64,000 nt of DNA, from positions 96,001 to 160,000 of the forward strand of contig CAVZSQ010000019.1 of assembly GCA_963777955.1 (NCBI GenBank), written 5' to 3'. Below the pieces are notes generated by a model, which made no database searches, had not been told where the DNA came from, and saw only the letters and a program-made list of their open reading frames with translations. The translations under genes and the position numbers were made by a program. The DNA comes from Calditrichia bacterium (GTDB taxonomy: Bacteria; Calditrichota; Calditrichia; JAJRVZ01). This document shows, piece by piece, positions 21,519 through 33,940 of this stretch (within the stretch, counting starts at the first letter, position 1; every line of letters begins with the position of its first letter).

Positions 21519-23095
21519 TTATATCATGAAAATGGAATCACAGAAGTTCTTTGATATTTCAGCAAATTGAGTCCGCAGCAGTTTAAGCGCACCCGGCAGA
21601 GCGGCCATAATATCACCGGCCACTAATCCATCTTCACCTGCCGAGCCAGCCGCCAGATCACCGGCCAGTCCGTGTGCAAAAACACCCATACGCAGCGCAT
21701 TTTCTGCTGAGAATCCCAATCCATACATGGCGGCAATAACGCCGGTCAGCACATCCCCGCTTCCGGCTGTAGCCATCCCGGCATTCCCGCTCAGATTGAT
21801 ATATACCCTGCCATCCGGAAAACCGATCAGGGAATGGGCTCCTTTCAAAACGATGACCGATTTCAATTCCCGTCCAGTTTTTTGAAGAATCTCTATCCGT
21901 TTGCTTTGCAGATCTTCCGGGTTTGTTTTGGCTAGACGGCACATTTCACCCGGGTGCGGGGTCAGAATTGTCGGAGCCTTTCTTCCTTTCAACACGGACA
22001 GATCTTCGGCCACTGCCGTAAGGCCGTCTCCGTCAATTACAATAGGCTTGCGGATAGCCGGCACTAAATCACGCACCAGTCGTTGTGTTTCCGGGTGTAA
22101 AGACAATCCCGGTCCGATTACCACCAGGTCGACTTGCCTGGAGTAGTCCAGCAGGAACTTTTTATTGTCCAGTGCAATACTCCCCTCAGCAGTCCCCTTT
22201 TGCGGCAGAAAAACAATTTCTCTGCCCTTTTTACCGATAGCCGGAATCACTTTTTCAGGAGTCGCCAGGAAAGAGAGACCACCGCCGCTTTTCAAAAAGG
22301 ACTGAGCGGCGAAGTATGGTGCGCCAAGATAACTTGCCGATCCGGCAATGAATAGTACTTTACCGCAGGCCCCTTTATGGGTGTCGCCTTTACGCGGCGG
22401 CAGTGCAAGCGGATTATTGGTTTCTACCCTTATGTCCTGACGGTTATACAATTCCGGCGGGAATGAAATATGGCTGCAATACAATTTCCCGCCATGGGCA
22501 TAACCGGGATACAGCAAATTCCCGGTCTTGGGCAGGCCGAAAGTTACGGTCATATTTGCCTGTACCGCAGCACCCAGTACCTGCCCGCTATCACCGTCGA
22601 TTCCGGAAGGGATATCCAGGCTAAGCACTGCTTTGCCGCTGGCATTGATTTTGTCAATAACTGTTTTGTAAACACCATCTATCCGGCGGGCCAGACCGGT
22701 ACCAAACAGGGCATCGACAACAATATCAGACTTGTCTGATCAAATTAGCTACGGTTTTTATCTTGTCATATTGGTAAATAGTAATTGGTAATTGTTGGAT
22801 GATATTATAATTTATTTTTGCCGGACCAGTAAATTTAGCAGGATCACCGAGGATTACAATCTGAACATCAAATTGCCGGGAATGTAATTTACGGGCCAGC
22901 ACCAGACCATCACCGCCATTATTGCCCGCACCGCAGCAGATCAGAATTTTTTTATTTTGCAGAGTCAAATTCCTGTCGCATAGCGAAAAAGGCAGCATCA
23001 CCGGCATTTTCCATCAGCAGTTCTGCCGTAATTCCATACTTGTTGCAAGCCTGTTGATCCATTTCCCGCATCTGCTGGACGTTGCTTATCTTCAT
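21519..23095 (-). CDS. nnr: Bifunctional NAD(P)H-hydrate epimerase/dehydratase (frameshifts ~22985 and ~22735)
   Basis: N-terminus [45 protein letters not shown] and AGSGDVL motifs across three frames. Confidence 0.9.
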
Positions 23096-23117
23096 GATAT
23101 CATCCCTAATGTTAAAT

Positions 23118-23711
23118 TTACTGTACGGTAAATCCGGCCGGAACTTTAAATTTATCCGGGGAGATTGTTACGTTCTCCTCAACCTTGACGGCGCGTTGAA
23201 TTGACTGTACACTGCTCGATTTCGTATCCTGGTATAATAAAATCTTATTCCAACCGCCGTACTTGGTTATGGTTCCCTCTCCGTCATTGTATTCAAACAC
23301 CTCGCAATTCTTACCGGCTACGGTCAGCGCTGCTAATTTTTTATATTTACCCGCTTGGCGGTCTGCTTCCGTACCAAACTCGGTCCACTCCACCCGCAAC
23401 TCGGTTCCGCGGGAGGCGGTTCCCTGTTTGAATGCTTTTTTTTGTTTATGCTTCAGCAGATATAAATCCTTGCCGTCACTCAGATAACTTTCCTCCAACT
23501 TCACTCCGGAATATGTATCTTTGCACTCTTTCATGCCGTATTCATCAAAATAAACAATGGTCTTTTGCTTGATCTCCATATCTCCCATTTTCATGATCAA
23601 ATCAAACGTAATGATACCGGTTTTAATATCATATTTTTTCACAGGAGTCTGGGCGGTAAATAAGAATGCCAATACGATGACAGCAAACAATACCGAACAT
23701 ATTCTTTTCAT
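23118..23711 (-). CDS. Secreted hypothetical protein (DUF4412-like)
   Basis: Signal peptide, VAGKNCEVF motif and C-terminal FKVPAGF; AGGAGG RBS. Confidence 0.6.
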   Translation of the reverse strand: MKRICSVLFAVIVLAFLFTAQTPVKKYDIKTGIITFDLIMKMGDMEIKQKTIVYFDEYGMKECKDTYSGVKLEESYLSDGKDLYLLKHKQKKAFKQGTASRGTELRVEWTEFGTEADRQAGKYKKLAALTVAGKNCEVFEYNDGEGTITKYGGWNKILLYQDTKSSSVQSIQRAVKVEENVTISPDKFKVPAGFTVQ

Positions 23712-23834
23712 TTTTGTCTTCCTCCTAATTTAAGCTGACTTAAATGATATTTTATTTACAGATAAATGATCCAGGTTATGTGCAAGTACAGACTTATTTG
23801 ATTGCCCTCAGATCTCATCACGAATATAATAAAT

Positions 23835-24248
23835 CTACAAGATGTATGGTATTTGAAAAACACAGAAATAGGCGAAGACTAAAAACGCAATTATCAGTCC
23901 GACTGCAAAGATCCAGTGTGGTTTTAGAATCTGTCGCGCTTCTTCGTTGAATAATTTCGGCATGACCACATAAAGCCTGATCATCCCCTCGCCGGTGCAA
24001 ACTGTATAACGCGCCCCGCTCATACCGATCCAGTATTTTAGGAATATGCCGATGAATACGGCCCAGATGATGGGGTTGCCCAGAATAGCACCGGTACGGG
24101 TGGCCAGGATCACTTCGCCTGAACCGATATATTCGGCACACCAGATAAAAGCAGGACCGACTAACGCAAGAATAGCCAGGCCTTTGGGCGGATATGCTAC
24201 ATCCAAATATTTACTCTTATGCCTGGTAATAAATATTCTCCCGATCAA
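23835..24248 (-). pseudogene. Nramp-like transporter remnant with large internal deletion
   Basis: GPAFIWCAEYIGSGE..RYTVCTGEG matches the Nramp-like N-terminus but is followed after one TM helix by a stop; only 137 aa. Confidence 0.65.
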
Positions 24249-26447
24249 TTACATTGAATTAACGCATCAATTAAGAAGAAAGCCATATCTTTTCCTCCTC
24301 TTAACTGAAGATTCTCTATAAGCAAACGTCCGTTTTTAATCTCGATTTCTTTCGAATCAGTCCATTCACCTGTCCAGGTATCGAATCGCTGCAGCAGATA
24401 TATCCCATCGGCGACAGCAGTGATCAACAGTTTTGCCTTATCCAGTGATTTTGTACTTTTATTACACATCCAGATATAAAACATTTTCCCGCCTGATTGG
24501 AGCCCAAGTGCTTCCACTCCGGGATTGTTACTTGAAACAGTCATTTCCTCCAGGGTATTCGCATTATATTTATCCATTAAGGCAATAAAATCGGCCAGTG
24601 GATTTAAAATGATAAAAATGCCTTTGTTCGAAATGCCACTGCCACCACCAGGTCATGGGCAGAATCGGCGTCGGCGAAAAAAATCCGCGCCACATGCCCA
24701 GGTGAAACTCGCCTTCATATAATTCAGCCGGATGGTCCTTGCCCGGACCCTTCCAACCTAAGGCAAACTCACCGACTACATCCGGTTTTTTGAACCTGCC
24801 GGTATATTCCAGGATACTTTGCTGCATATTATCAGTAGGACCGTAATTGTGATGCTGGGTGATATCCAGGTTCTTTATATCCCATAATCCCGGTATTTCC
24901 TGCCAGACCACACTGGTCGAGACGAGATGCTTATACGGATCGATCCGTTTCAGATAGTCGGCCATTTCCTGGTGCCAGCTGACTATATCCTGTTCCGGTA
25001 CCCCCTGCCCGGTTATAACGTTGTCGATTTCGTTCCAGAATTCCCATACCGCCAGGTTAGTGGAATATCCCCATCTGGCCACCATATACCTGAGCCGGTT
25101 TTTATACATCCTTCTGGCTTCGGGATTGGTAAAAAAATCGTGCGGAGTTTCACACGGTCCGCCATTAACCAAATTATAAGGATTCCTGCGCCAATTATCG
25201 TTAGAGCCCCAGCCGTCCAATGTTGGTTTGAAGACACCATGATAATCGAGTGTCAGCATCATATATACTTTTTTTTCCTGGCACAGCATTAACAGGGAAT
25301 CCAGTTGATCTGCCGTTTTTTGGTAGTATCTGCCCAGACCCGGAGCATCGAGTACATCCATCGGGCGATCATAACCGATCAAAATACCGGCCAGATGTGC
25401 TGCAACCGGTTGTGACCAGTTGAATTCAATTTTGATAAAATTGGTCCCGGCCGGCAATTCGCCTAAAGATGCAACGAAGATACGATGCCAGTCTTCATAG
25501 GTCTCCCAGGTCTGACTGAATTCCATATTGGTTACTAGACTATATTCTTGATTATCCTCCGAGTAATAACATTTAATATCATTTTCAGCAATTGAAGTCC
25601 GATAATACAGTTTCAGTTTAAAATTTTTAATTTCCTTTACGTTATAGATAATCGATTCAGCCGAGTTGGATGGAATAATAATCCTGTCCAGGTCGTCTTC
25701 GCTAAATTCTGTTTTACCCGAAGACAGAGTCAATCCCTCAGAATGTGAAAATGTTTTATCCCAATTCTGATAATCATCCATAAACTGGTGATAGGTCACG
25801 ACTTTTGTCCATTCCAGAGGAAGATTCCACGGACACATCCAGACCCTGAAAAAGTTCCCTCCGTTTGCCGCCAGTTCATCAAGAAAGGTTTTATAGGAAT
25901 AAAATTTTTCGTCACCCCACCTGGGTTCATATTCCCAGCAAAGGTTTAATCCCAGACCGCGGAAAGGTTTGCCCGAATCGAATAAAAAGGTGTAATTAGA
26001 GTTGGGATTCAGTCTTAAAAATCCATTGCGCTTTGACTCCGTCACATCCAACTGGTATGTCTTTGATTTTACTGTGTCCGACTCATCATCATGCTTGCTT
26101 ATCGTTTGAATATAATATAGATGTTGACCCGACTGCAGCGGAGTGTACCTGGCTTCCCAATGTGAATTTCCAAGCAGATCATCTTTATAATAAATAGGGA
26201 GTACCAAATTTTTATTATCCGGTTGCGTGATTATTGCATCCACCTGAATTTCTTGAGCGTTATAAGGATTAGTAAAAGGACTCTCCAGTTGTATGTCTAT
26301 AAAAAGTGTAGCAAACTTTTCTATGGTCTGAGCAGATGCGACAACTGATATGGCAGGTTTGAATATCTTACAAGCAGGTGTTACAAATATTAATACAGTT
26401 AATATTATTCTTAGAAATTTTGTGAGAATCTTATTCCATCTGGACAT
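24245..26447 (-). CDS. DUF5060-domain GH-A clan glycoside hydrolase, probable lipoprotein (frameshift ~24600)
   Basis: NPYNAQEI..WEARYTP (DUF5060-like), RYMVARWGYS, WEFWNE acid/base and VGEF nucleophile motifs; C-terminal domain in ORF 24245..24577. Confidence 0.8.
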
Positions 26448-26482
26448 AACAATTTCCTTGTAAATTGATAGCACAGGCATGG

Positions 26483-26689
26483 TCAGTGTACGATAAATTT
26501 TTGAAATATGATTTCGCCTTTGCTGGCAGCAATTTCGCTTCCCGCTTCAATGCTGGAAAGAAACCATTCTGGTTGCAGTGCCCCCTCACTGAGGGTATAA
26601 TCAAAATAATCTTTAAGGTTCAACTCACCTTGTTGTGGCATTTTGTCAGGCAAAAACGCGATGAAAATCCATTTGTTTAGTGCTATCAT
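26483..26689 (-). pseudogene. C-terminal fragment of a GH12-like glycosidase
   Basis: WIFIAF..LNLKDYFDY..FLSSIEAGSEI resembles the GH12 C-terminal catalytic-Glu region; no N-terminal part present. Confidence 0.5.
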
Positions 26690-26734
26690 TTTATACTTTT
26701 TGAGAATCTATCCGCTAAATCAATCATACTATAG

Positions 26735-28020
26735 TTATGTGATTTTAACCAGATTAATTTTTTGCTGTAAAAAAAACTTTCTTATGACTTAAGACCAATA
26801 TGAGTTACCTAAATCTCAGGTCCGAACCGGAGTTATAATCATGATAAATCCGGTGAACAATGCACAGTACGTAAAAATATTCAACAAGTCAGAAATTTAT
26901 ACACGATTTTTAAATATATATGGATAGATCAACTATCTGGTTCATACTCACTTAAGCGTAGCGTCATAATAACTTACTGATACTTTTGAAATCTTAATGA
27001 ACTCAATATCAGAGACTGCTTCCCCTTTTTATTGAAATTATCATTGAAGGTTGCAAAAAGCCGTGGGATAGCAATAATTCCCTGTAATTCTGAAGCGATA
27101 ACGAACAATAATCCCCCTGCTGCTATCCTACCTCCCATTTTTGTTGGTAGTATTAGTGTATCCTGAACCTGAATGCCTTCAGGACAATAGTTTAAATACA
27201 GATCTCCAATATAATTTGCTGCATTTTCTTTTATGGTAAGTTTTAATTTTGGAAGATCTACGACATAATCACTGTTTCCGTCCTTATCGATAAAAGTAAC
27301 TGCCTTTACTTGATATGTTCCAGGCGGGACACAAAATCCGAATTGTTCATCAGCTTTTAACAGGATTCTAGATGGCTTAACTTCGGGTTGGTTTTCTGGT
27401 TCTAATATCATTTGAATATTCAGAACTCTATAGAATTTTTTAGGAATTTTGCCATAAATGAGTTGCTTGTTTGAATCAATCACAGACTACAAGTTCTTTA
27501 AAAGGATAATATTTTTCTTCAGGATCAAAGAAGGCGCCTTCTGCTCTGGGATCGAAGGTAACACCATTTTCATCTTGTGCCTTGATTTTGCCATAGAAAA
27601 CATGCGGTGCTTTTTCGCTTCCTGTAATAATTGCCGGCGCTCCCCGATTCCATTGTGGATAAAAATAGTAATAACCTTCCACACTGCTATTACAGTCTGG
27701 TTCCTTGGCCAGAGTATGCAGGCTTGTACAGACTGCAGATCCAAGAAATGATTAAGAAAATAAACAATAAGGGTAAGTATCTCATAATTTATCCTCCCAT
27801 ATCTATTTTATAAGTGATACATGACCAGGTACCTGCCCTGACTTACACAATCTGCGGCTGAGACCAATCGATATCATATGATGCCCATTAATATTACGGT
27901 GTTCCGTACTATTTAATGATTGTATATATTACCAGCTAGGGATTATTATTTTACACTTTATGAGATACTAACTGCCTCATCCAATATACCAGTATTATTT
28001 GATTTTAATCAGATTAATTT
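26735..28020. repeat. 26-bp direct repeat pair (26735-26760 and 27995-28020)
   Basis: ttatgtgattttaaccagattaattt vs ttatttgattttaatcagattaattt (2 mismatches). Confidence 0.65.
26974..27785 (-). CDS. Hypothetical secreted protein or lipoprotein (two frameshifts)
   Basis: GGAGG RBS and MRYLPLLFIFLII signal at 27785; continues through ORFs 27476..27682 and 26974..27483. Confidence 0.5.
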
Positions 28021-28140
28021 ATTCGCGCCATAAAAAACATGCTCTGACCTGGCAACAGCAATTCCGGTCATAGGTTTTGTGAGTTACAGTCAACCGATTA
28101 AGTCTTTTAGTTAGTTTAGGCACCTATTGCTGATCCTGGT

Positions 28141-29031
28141 TCAATCCGAGTAAGGTAGATTGATATACAATTTACCCAGATCATTCAGATCTCCCGGACC
28201 GGCATTAAACAAATTGGTGTACCTATCCTCCGCCCCGCGTCCGATAAACCAGGCGTAGCGGAAAACATCGTCCCGGCTTTCACAGATAGAAACCATTTGC
28301 TGCATCTGCTGTGCCTGCTTTTCATAAGAATTGATCTGGGCATTCCAATTGGCCATCTCGGTGATCCAGATTTGCTTGCCGTATTTTTGCAGCCGGTCCA
28401 GTTGCGACTCCAGCCCATAGTCATACCAATGAAAAGCAAGGTAATCTATCCGGGGATCTCTTCCGCCATTGGCAGTGCGGTAGGCCTCATAAAATGCGTC
28501 AAGCCAGACTACCGGATCCGAATAGTTCGCCATGGTACCCCAGGTCATCGCCGGTCCGACCAGACTAACCGTTCGCTTTTGTGCAGCCAGATCGTTTATT
28601 ACCGTCTCGTATTTGATCCAATCCGCGGCAGCCTGGACCGGGGTGCGGTCAGCCTGATCGGTCAGATTGGGTTCATTCAGCACCAGCAGGTATTCAATTT
28701 CGGGATGGGCCAGGATAAAATTTTTCACTTTGATCATATCAGTTTCGCTGGTATTGCCGCCCCATAACATGGGAATAAATTCCATCTGATACCTGCTATA
28801 ATAGTCTGCTGCAGCACTGGTTTCAAAATACCAGTTGTACCACCAGCTGACTCCGGTTTTAAGCGAATCCAGATCGGCCGGCAGGGTCAGGTTGTAAGCC
28901 AGACCCCTTTTGAAACTTTTTTCAATCCGGTCGGGGGGATAATCATTTTGATCCGGTTCTGAACCATTATTGCAGGAGTAAAACGAAAAATACAGAATTG
29001 AAATTGCTGATAAAATGTACTGATTAACCAT
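28141..29031 (-). CDS. GH128-like (Glyco_hydro_cc) beta-1,3-glucanase lipoprotein
   Basis: KRGLAY, SWWYNW, FIPMLWG, LNEPN, AFHWY, IWITE and RYAWF motifs; FYSC lipobox. Confidence 0.88.
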   Translation of the reverse strand: MVNQYILSAISILYFSFYSCNNGSEPDQNDYPPDRIEKSFKRGLAYNLTLPADLDSLKTGVSWWYNWYFETSAAADYYSRYQMEFIPMLWGGNTSETDMIKVKNFILAHPEIEYLLVLNEPNLTDQADRTPVQAAADWIKYETVINDLAAQKRTVSLVGPAMTWGTMANYSDPVVWLDAFYEAYRTANGGRDPRIDYLAFHWYDYGLESQLDRLQKYGKQIWITEMANWNAQINSYEKQAQQMQQMVSICESRDDVFRYAWFIGRGAEDRYTNLFNAGPGDLNDLGKLYINLPYSD

Positions 29032-29083
29032 CTAGCCCTCAGCTATTTCCCATCTCCCAACCCTCTTGACACTTTTTTTCTAA

Positions 29084-30137
29084 TCAGAACATCCAATACA
29101 TTTGCGAGAGTTCATATGTTGGTACTATATATGTATTCTCAGATCCTATTAACTCCTGTTCTGAAAGATCATCCAGGCTTAGTTTGAAAATACCCATTCT
29201 AGGAGACGTATTCAAAGCATAGATTATAAAATTACCATCAAGTGTTATACACGGATGGTATATATTACTTACCCTGCTAAGCTTATAATTACTATAATGT
29301 AAGTCGGATAGATTGAGGATAGTAATATATGTGGACCATCGACTAAAGATAATCTTCTTACCATCCGGTGAGAATTCCGGGTTTTCTATAACGTAAGATT
29401 GAGAAAGTGAATCCTGGTTAATATCGAAGATGATTTTGGTTTCTGAACCGGTAAAATTTGTCAGATACAGACTTATGCGGGCGACCATAAGTTTGATATG
29501 CGACCTGCTGGTAATTTCTATCCATCGCATACTGGGCTACCATATCTATGCTATCAGGGGATATCCTGGTTAAATTTTCTCCTGATGGTGAAATTGAATA
29601 TAATATCCATTCAGATAAAAAAAATATTTTATCGGCCGAGGCATACTGTGGATCACTAATAGCCGCATCGTGAATAACACTCAGTCCGCTGCCATCTGAA
29701 TTGATCACAGCCAGCCCTTGTGGAAAAGGTGCCATGTCATTTAATTTGCCCAGGGCGATAGCGATTGACCGGCCATCCGGAGAAATTGAAGTCTTATTGA
29801 TATAATTGGTTTTACTCTTCCATACTGTATTAACCGAATTATCCAGAAAGTTGCAAATTTTAAGACTGGCAGAATCATAATTATTGAAGGAGTATAAAAA
29901 GTGCGTTCCACCCGGAAACCACTCCAGAGACCTACAATATCCCTTCTCCGAATATGGAATCATATCTATGGATTTATTTAGGCTCGACATACCAATCCTG
30001 AATACATCAGGCTCATCCTGGTTAAAAGTCCAATAGCAGAAAAGTTCCGTTTTCTGCGAGAAATCGGGTACTCCCGTCATATAGTCACAGTTCCAGAGTG
30101 TAAAAGTCAAAAGCAATAATGTGCATAAAACTTTCAT
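29084..30137 (-). CDS. TolB/PD40 beta-propeller lipoprotein (frameshift ~29500)
   Basis: LWNC lipobox; SPDGRSIA, FSPDGKKIIF and DGNFIIY repeats. Confidence 0.7.
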
Positions 30138-30385
30138 ACAATCCCCATGCTAATTATTGCTATAGAATATATCATTATTATATACATAATTATACAGAAT
30201 ATCCTATGCAATAATACAAGATTTTGTGATTAAAAGGTAACCGTTTTATTTTTTATATTGACCTTGCGTCTTTGTGCGTCGGATCTATGACCTTTTCCCT
30301 TTACCCTTTTCTCTAAACATATTAACTTATAATGGTAATTTGATTTACAGCTAGTTGCGCCAAGAATCAATAAATTGGAGAAGAT

Positions 30386-30772
30386 ATGCCGGACAAGCTT
30401 ACAGCCTTTCGTAGTTATCGCGCAAAAATGAATAAGCGTATCGCCGGAATTGAGCACCTGGGCATCAAACGTTTTTTTAACCTGGATACGATGGCTTATA
30501 AAAAAGGTGCACTTGACTCCCGGACTAAAGAGTTGCTCGGACTGGTTGCTTCCTGCGTCCTGCGCTGCAATGATTGTATTGATTACCATCTGATTCAATG
30601 TGTCGAGGCCGGCTGGAAGGATGAAGAACTGTACGATGCGCTGAATGTGGCTTTGATTGTCAGCGGAAGTATTTTCATTCCGCATCTGCGCCATGCCGTG
30701 GAAACGATAGACGAGTTAAGAAAAAGAAAGAAAAAAATAATTACACGGAGTTCCACGGAGAGAAAAATTTAG
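30386..30772 (+). CDS. Carboxymuconolactone decarboxylase / AhpD family protein
   Basis: GALDSRTKELLGLVAS..RCNDCIDYH motif. Confidence 0.9.
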   Translation: MPDKLTAFRSYRAKMNKRIAGIEHLGIKRFFNLDTMAYKKGALDSRTKELLGLVASCVLRCNDCIDYHLIQCVEAGWKDEELYDALNVALIVSGSIFIPHLRHAVETIDELRKRKKKIITRSSTERKI

Positions 30773-30779
30773 GGCTAAG

Positions 30780-30891
30780 TAATTTGTACTTTGGAATATG
30801 GTTATTGGTAATTGGAATTTGGAATTTGTTTAATTGTAATTTGTAATTAGTAATTGGTAACTTGATTTTGGAATTTGGAACTTGGAATTTT
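30780..30891. repeat. Degenerate heptamer microsatellite (TTGGAAT/TTGTAAT/TTGGTAA)
   Basis: Roughly 15 imperfect 7-bp units in the intergenic region. Confidence 0.75.
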
Positions 30892-30944
30892 TAATATAAT
30901 CTAATGATGAGAATACAAAATATATATTATTCCTGGAGGTTTTT

Positions 30945-33027
30945 ATGTTATTCCGTTTCCCATTCATTATACTGTTTTTTATGGTGGCATTAATGACGGC
31001 ATTTGCTAACGCACAGAGTCCGGAGTGGATGAACGGTTCTCAGTCAAAACTCGAGCAGGAACTTGTTTCCAAATACGGAGAGACTCAACACGAGCGGATC
31101 AGCAGTGGATTGAAACAGGTCAAAGATTTCTGGCGCAGCCAGGATGGTGATGCCGCGGTTTTCGAAGAGTTTATCCGTACCAATTTTGCCGGCGATCAGG
31201 CCACCCTCGATGCCATGTTCGTCCGTTTCGAAAATCTGCTGGAACAACTTTATGGACACATGAATGAAATCGGCCTGGAATTCCGCCGGCAAACCGATCT
31301 TGATCTGGGTACCGTTTATCCTTTTGACGAAATCTTCGCCGCCTATTCTCCGGATGCCCACATCACCGACTGATTTTTTTGCCAATAAACTGGCCTTCAT
31401 TGTTTTGTTGAACTTTCCGCTGACTACTCTGGAAGAACGGTTGAGCAAGGGAGCACAATGGTCACGTCGTCAGTGGGCAGAGGTGCGGCTGGCCCAGAGA
31501 TTTTCCAAGCGTATTCCGGCGGAAGTCAATCAGGCCGTGGCCGCCGCCACCGCCGTCGCCGACCAGTATATCGCGGATTACAATATCTATATGCATCATC
31601 TTATCGACGCAAAAGGTAACCGTCTTTTCCCGCCCAAAATGCGCCTGCTCTCGCACTGGAACCTGCGCGATGAACTGAAAGCAGACTATGGCGATCAAAC
31701 CAACGGCCTGGCCAAGCAAAAAATGATCGTCCAGGTCATGGAACGGATTGTGACCCAGACGATTCCGGCGGTCGTGGTCAATAATCCCAACATCGATTGG
31801 AATCCTTTTTCCAACGAAGTAAAAGCAACAACTGTGCAGGATGTTGAGGATAAAGGCAGGGCATCGCTCAAAGTCACGGCTGATCCTGAACCCGATACAC
31901 GTTATGCCACACTGCTGCAGACTTTTCTTGGAGCCAGGCAAGTCGATCCCTACTCCCCTACTGCCCCGACCCTGATTGCCCGCAGATTCGATGAAAACCG
32001 GGAAATTCCGGAAGCACGGGTCAAAGCCATGCTCGAAGCGGTGCTGAAATCACCCCTTGTACCGAAAGTCGCCGGGATCATCGAGCAACGCCTGGGCCGG
32101 AAACTTGAACCATTCGATATCTGGTACAACGGTTTCCGTCCCCGCGGAAAATATTCCGGAGCAGAACTCGACGCTATTGTCAGGAAAAAATATCCCACAG
32201 CGGATGCTTATAAAGGTGATATGGTCAATATGTTATTGAAACTTGGTTTTACACCGGAACGGGCAGAATTTTTAGCCGGAGGTATCCTGGTGGATCCCGC
32301 GCGGGGTTCCGGTCACGCCGCCGGGGCAGCCATGCGTTCGGCCAAAGCACATCTGCGTACACGCCTGGGCCAGGACGGTATGGATTATAAGGGATTTAAT
32401 ATCGCGGTTCATGAAATGGGGCACAACGTGGAACAGACTATCACGCTTAACGATGTCGACCATTACCTTCTGAATGGAGTGCCCAATACGGCATTTACCG
32501 AAGCAATAGCCTATGTATTTCAGACCCGTGATATGGACTTGCTAGGACTATCTGCCGCAGATACACAAGCCGAAGCGCTCAAAACACTGAACGAATTCTG
32601 GATGACTTATGAAATCGCCGGCGTCTCGCTGCTGGACATGGAAATATGGCACTGGATGTACGATCATCCCAACGCAACTCCGGCCGAGTTGAAGTCGGCG
32701 GTGTTGCAGATCGCCGGAGATATCTGGAATACCTATTATGCGCCTGTGTTCAAGAAAAAGGATGTCATTCTGTTAGCAGTCTACTCACATATCATTCATT
32801 CATTTCTTTACCTTCCCGATTATGCCATCGGCCATCTGATCTCGCACCAGATTGAAGAGTATCTGCAAGGAAAAGAGAATATCGGGGTTGAACTCGAGCG
32901 GATGCTGAAAATCGGCAGTGTCACACCCGATGTCTGGATGAAAAATGCCACCGGTTCAGCGGTCAGTGCCGAACCGTTGCTGCAGGCTACGGAGCGTGCT
33001 GTCAAGGAATATAAGCAGAATAATTAA
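30945..33027 (+). CDS. Secreted gluzincin (M3/M2-like) metallopeptidase (frameshift ~31370)
   Basis: Signal peptide ANA|Q; AVHEMGH zinc motif plus downstream FTEA third ligand. Confidence 0.7.
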
Positions 33028-33041
33028 CCATAAATCAGATC

Positions 33042-33143
33042 GTCCCACAGGGACAAGTGAGAATAGCCCGGCAATTTATTGCCGGGCTTAAAAAGCAGGA
33101 ACACATTACATTCATCCCTGCAGGGATGAATGTGATTTCTGCT
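33042..33143. repeat. Cluster of three REP-like hairpins
   Basis: GTCCCacaGGGAC, AGCCCGGCAATttATTGCCGGGCT and ACATTCATCCCTGCAGGGATGAATGT. Confidence 0.7.
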
Positions 33144-33855
33144 TATTTTCCTTTTAATAATTTTATACAAAGATCCTTTATGACCCTGATTTTTCAGAGG
33201 GATTATATTTTGAATCTTTATTAGTATTATAGTTTGACCAAATCACCTTCTTTGATTTTGTTTCAATCATGAAAATCCGTAACTGCAGCCCTGACCATTG
33301 AAAGTCATAGATATAAGGACGATCATAGAATAATTTAAAAGTCTCTGCCTGTAATCAGATCAAATCGTTTTGAATTTTCAGTAGTCCCAAAAGCAATAGC
33401 CTTCAATAAAAATGAAATGTCTGGATTTTACTTGATCGACCAACAGTTGCAGCTCGGGAGTTAAAGGAAATATTCGTTCTTCATTTTTTGATCTTTGGAG
33501 TGAATCAATAATTCGGTGGTAATTCTTTGTCGAGTTGACAAAATGTTTACTTAGCCAGTCATTTATGAATTTTGAGTCACACATATTAATTGCTGATTTG
33601 GATATAAAATTCCCCTCATTGATTGCTTCTTTTAAAACAGCAGCGACATTTATTGATGTTAACATACCGAAGGCATTATTTATTGTCCTGGTTTCACCAT
33701 TTATTATAGTATATTCAACATGAGGCAATATTATTGAGACCGTGTCAATATCAGATTTAATAGCATTAAAATTATTTTGTAAGCCATAACCTCTGGGTGA
33801 CAGCCTGAAAGCAGAGTGGCAAGTAAAAATAGTATAATAATATTTTTTTATTCAT
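33143..33855 (-). pseudogene. AT-rich hypothetical lipoprotein gene broken by several frameshifts
   Basis: LLSGC lipobox upstream of ORF 33378..33728 in another frame; coding-like continuation to ~33143. Confidence 0.4.
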
Positions 33856-33940
33856 ATTCAGAACCCGATTTATAACACATAAATGATTTATTTTGGGATT
33901 ATAAATACATTATTAATTACAATGTATATTTAGCCTTACT

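Noticed and set aside
30230..30694. 154-aa minus-strand ORF
   Set aside because: Antisense shadow of the AhpD/CMD gene running into microsatellite DNA.
30780..30891. CRISPR array
   Set aside because: Degenerate 7-bp periodic tract with no repeat-spacer structure and no cas genes in the window.
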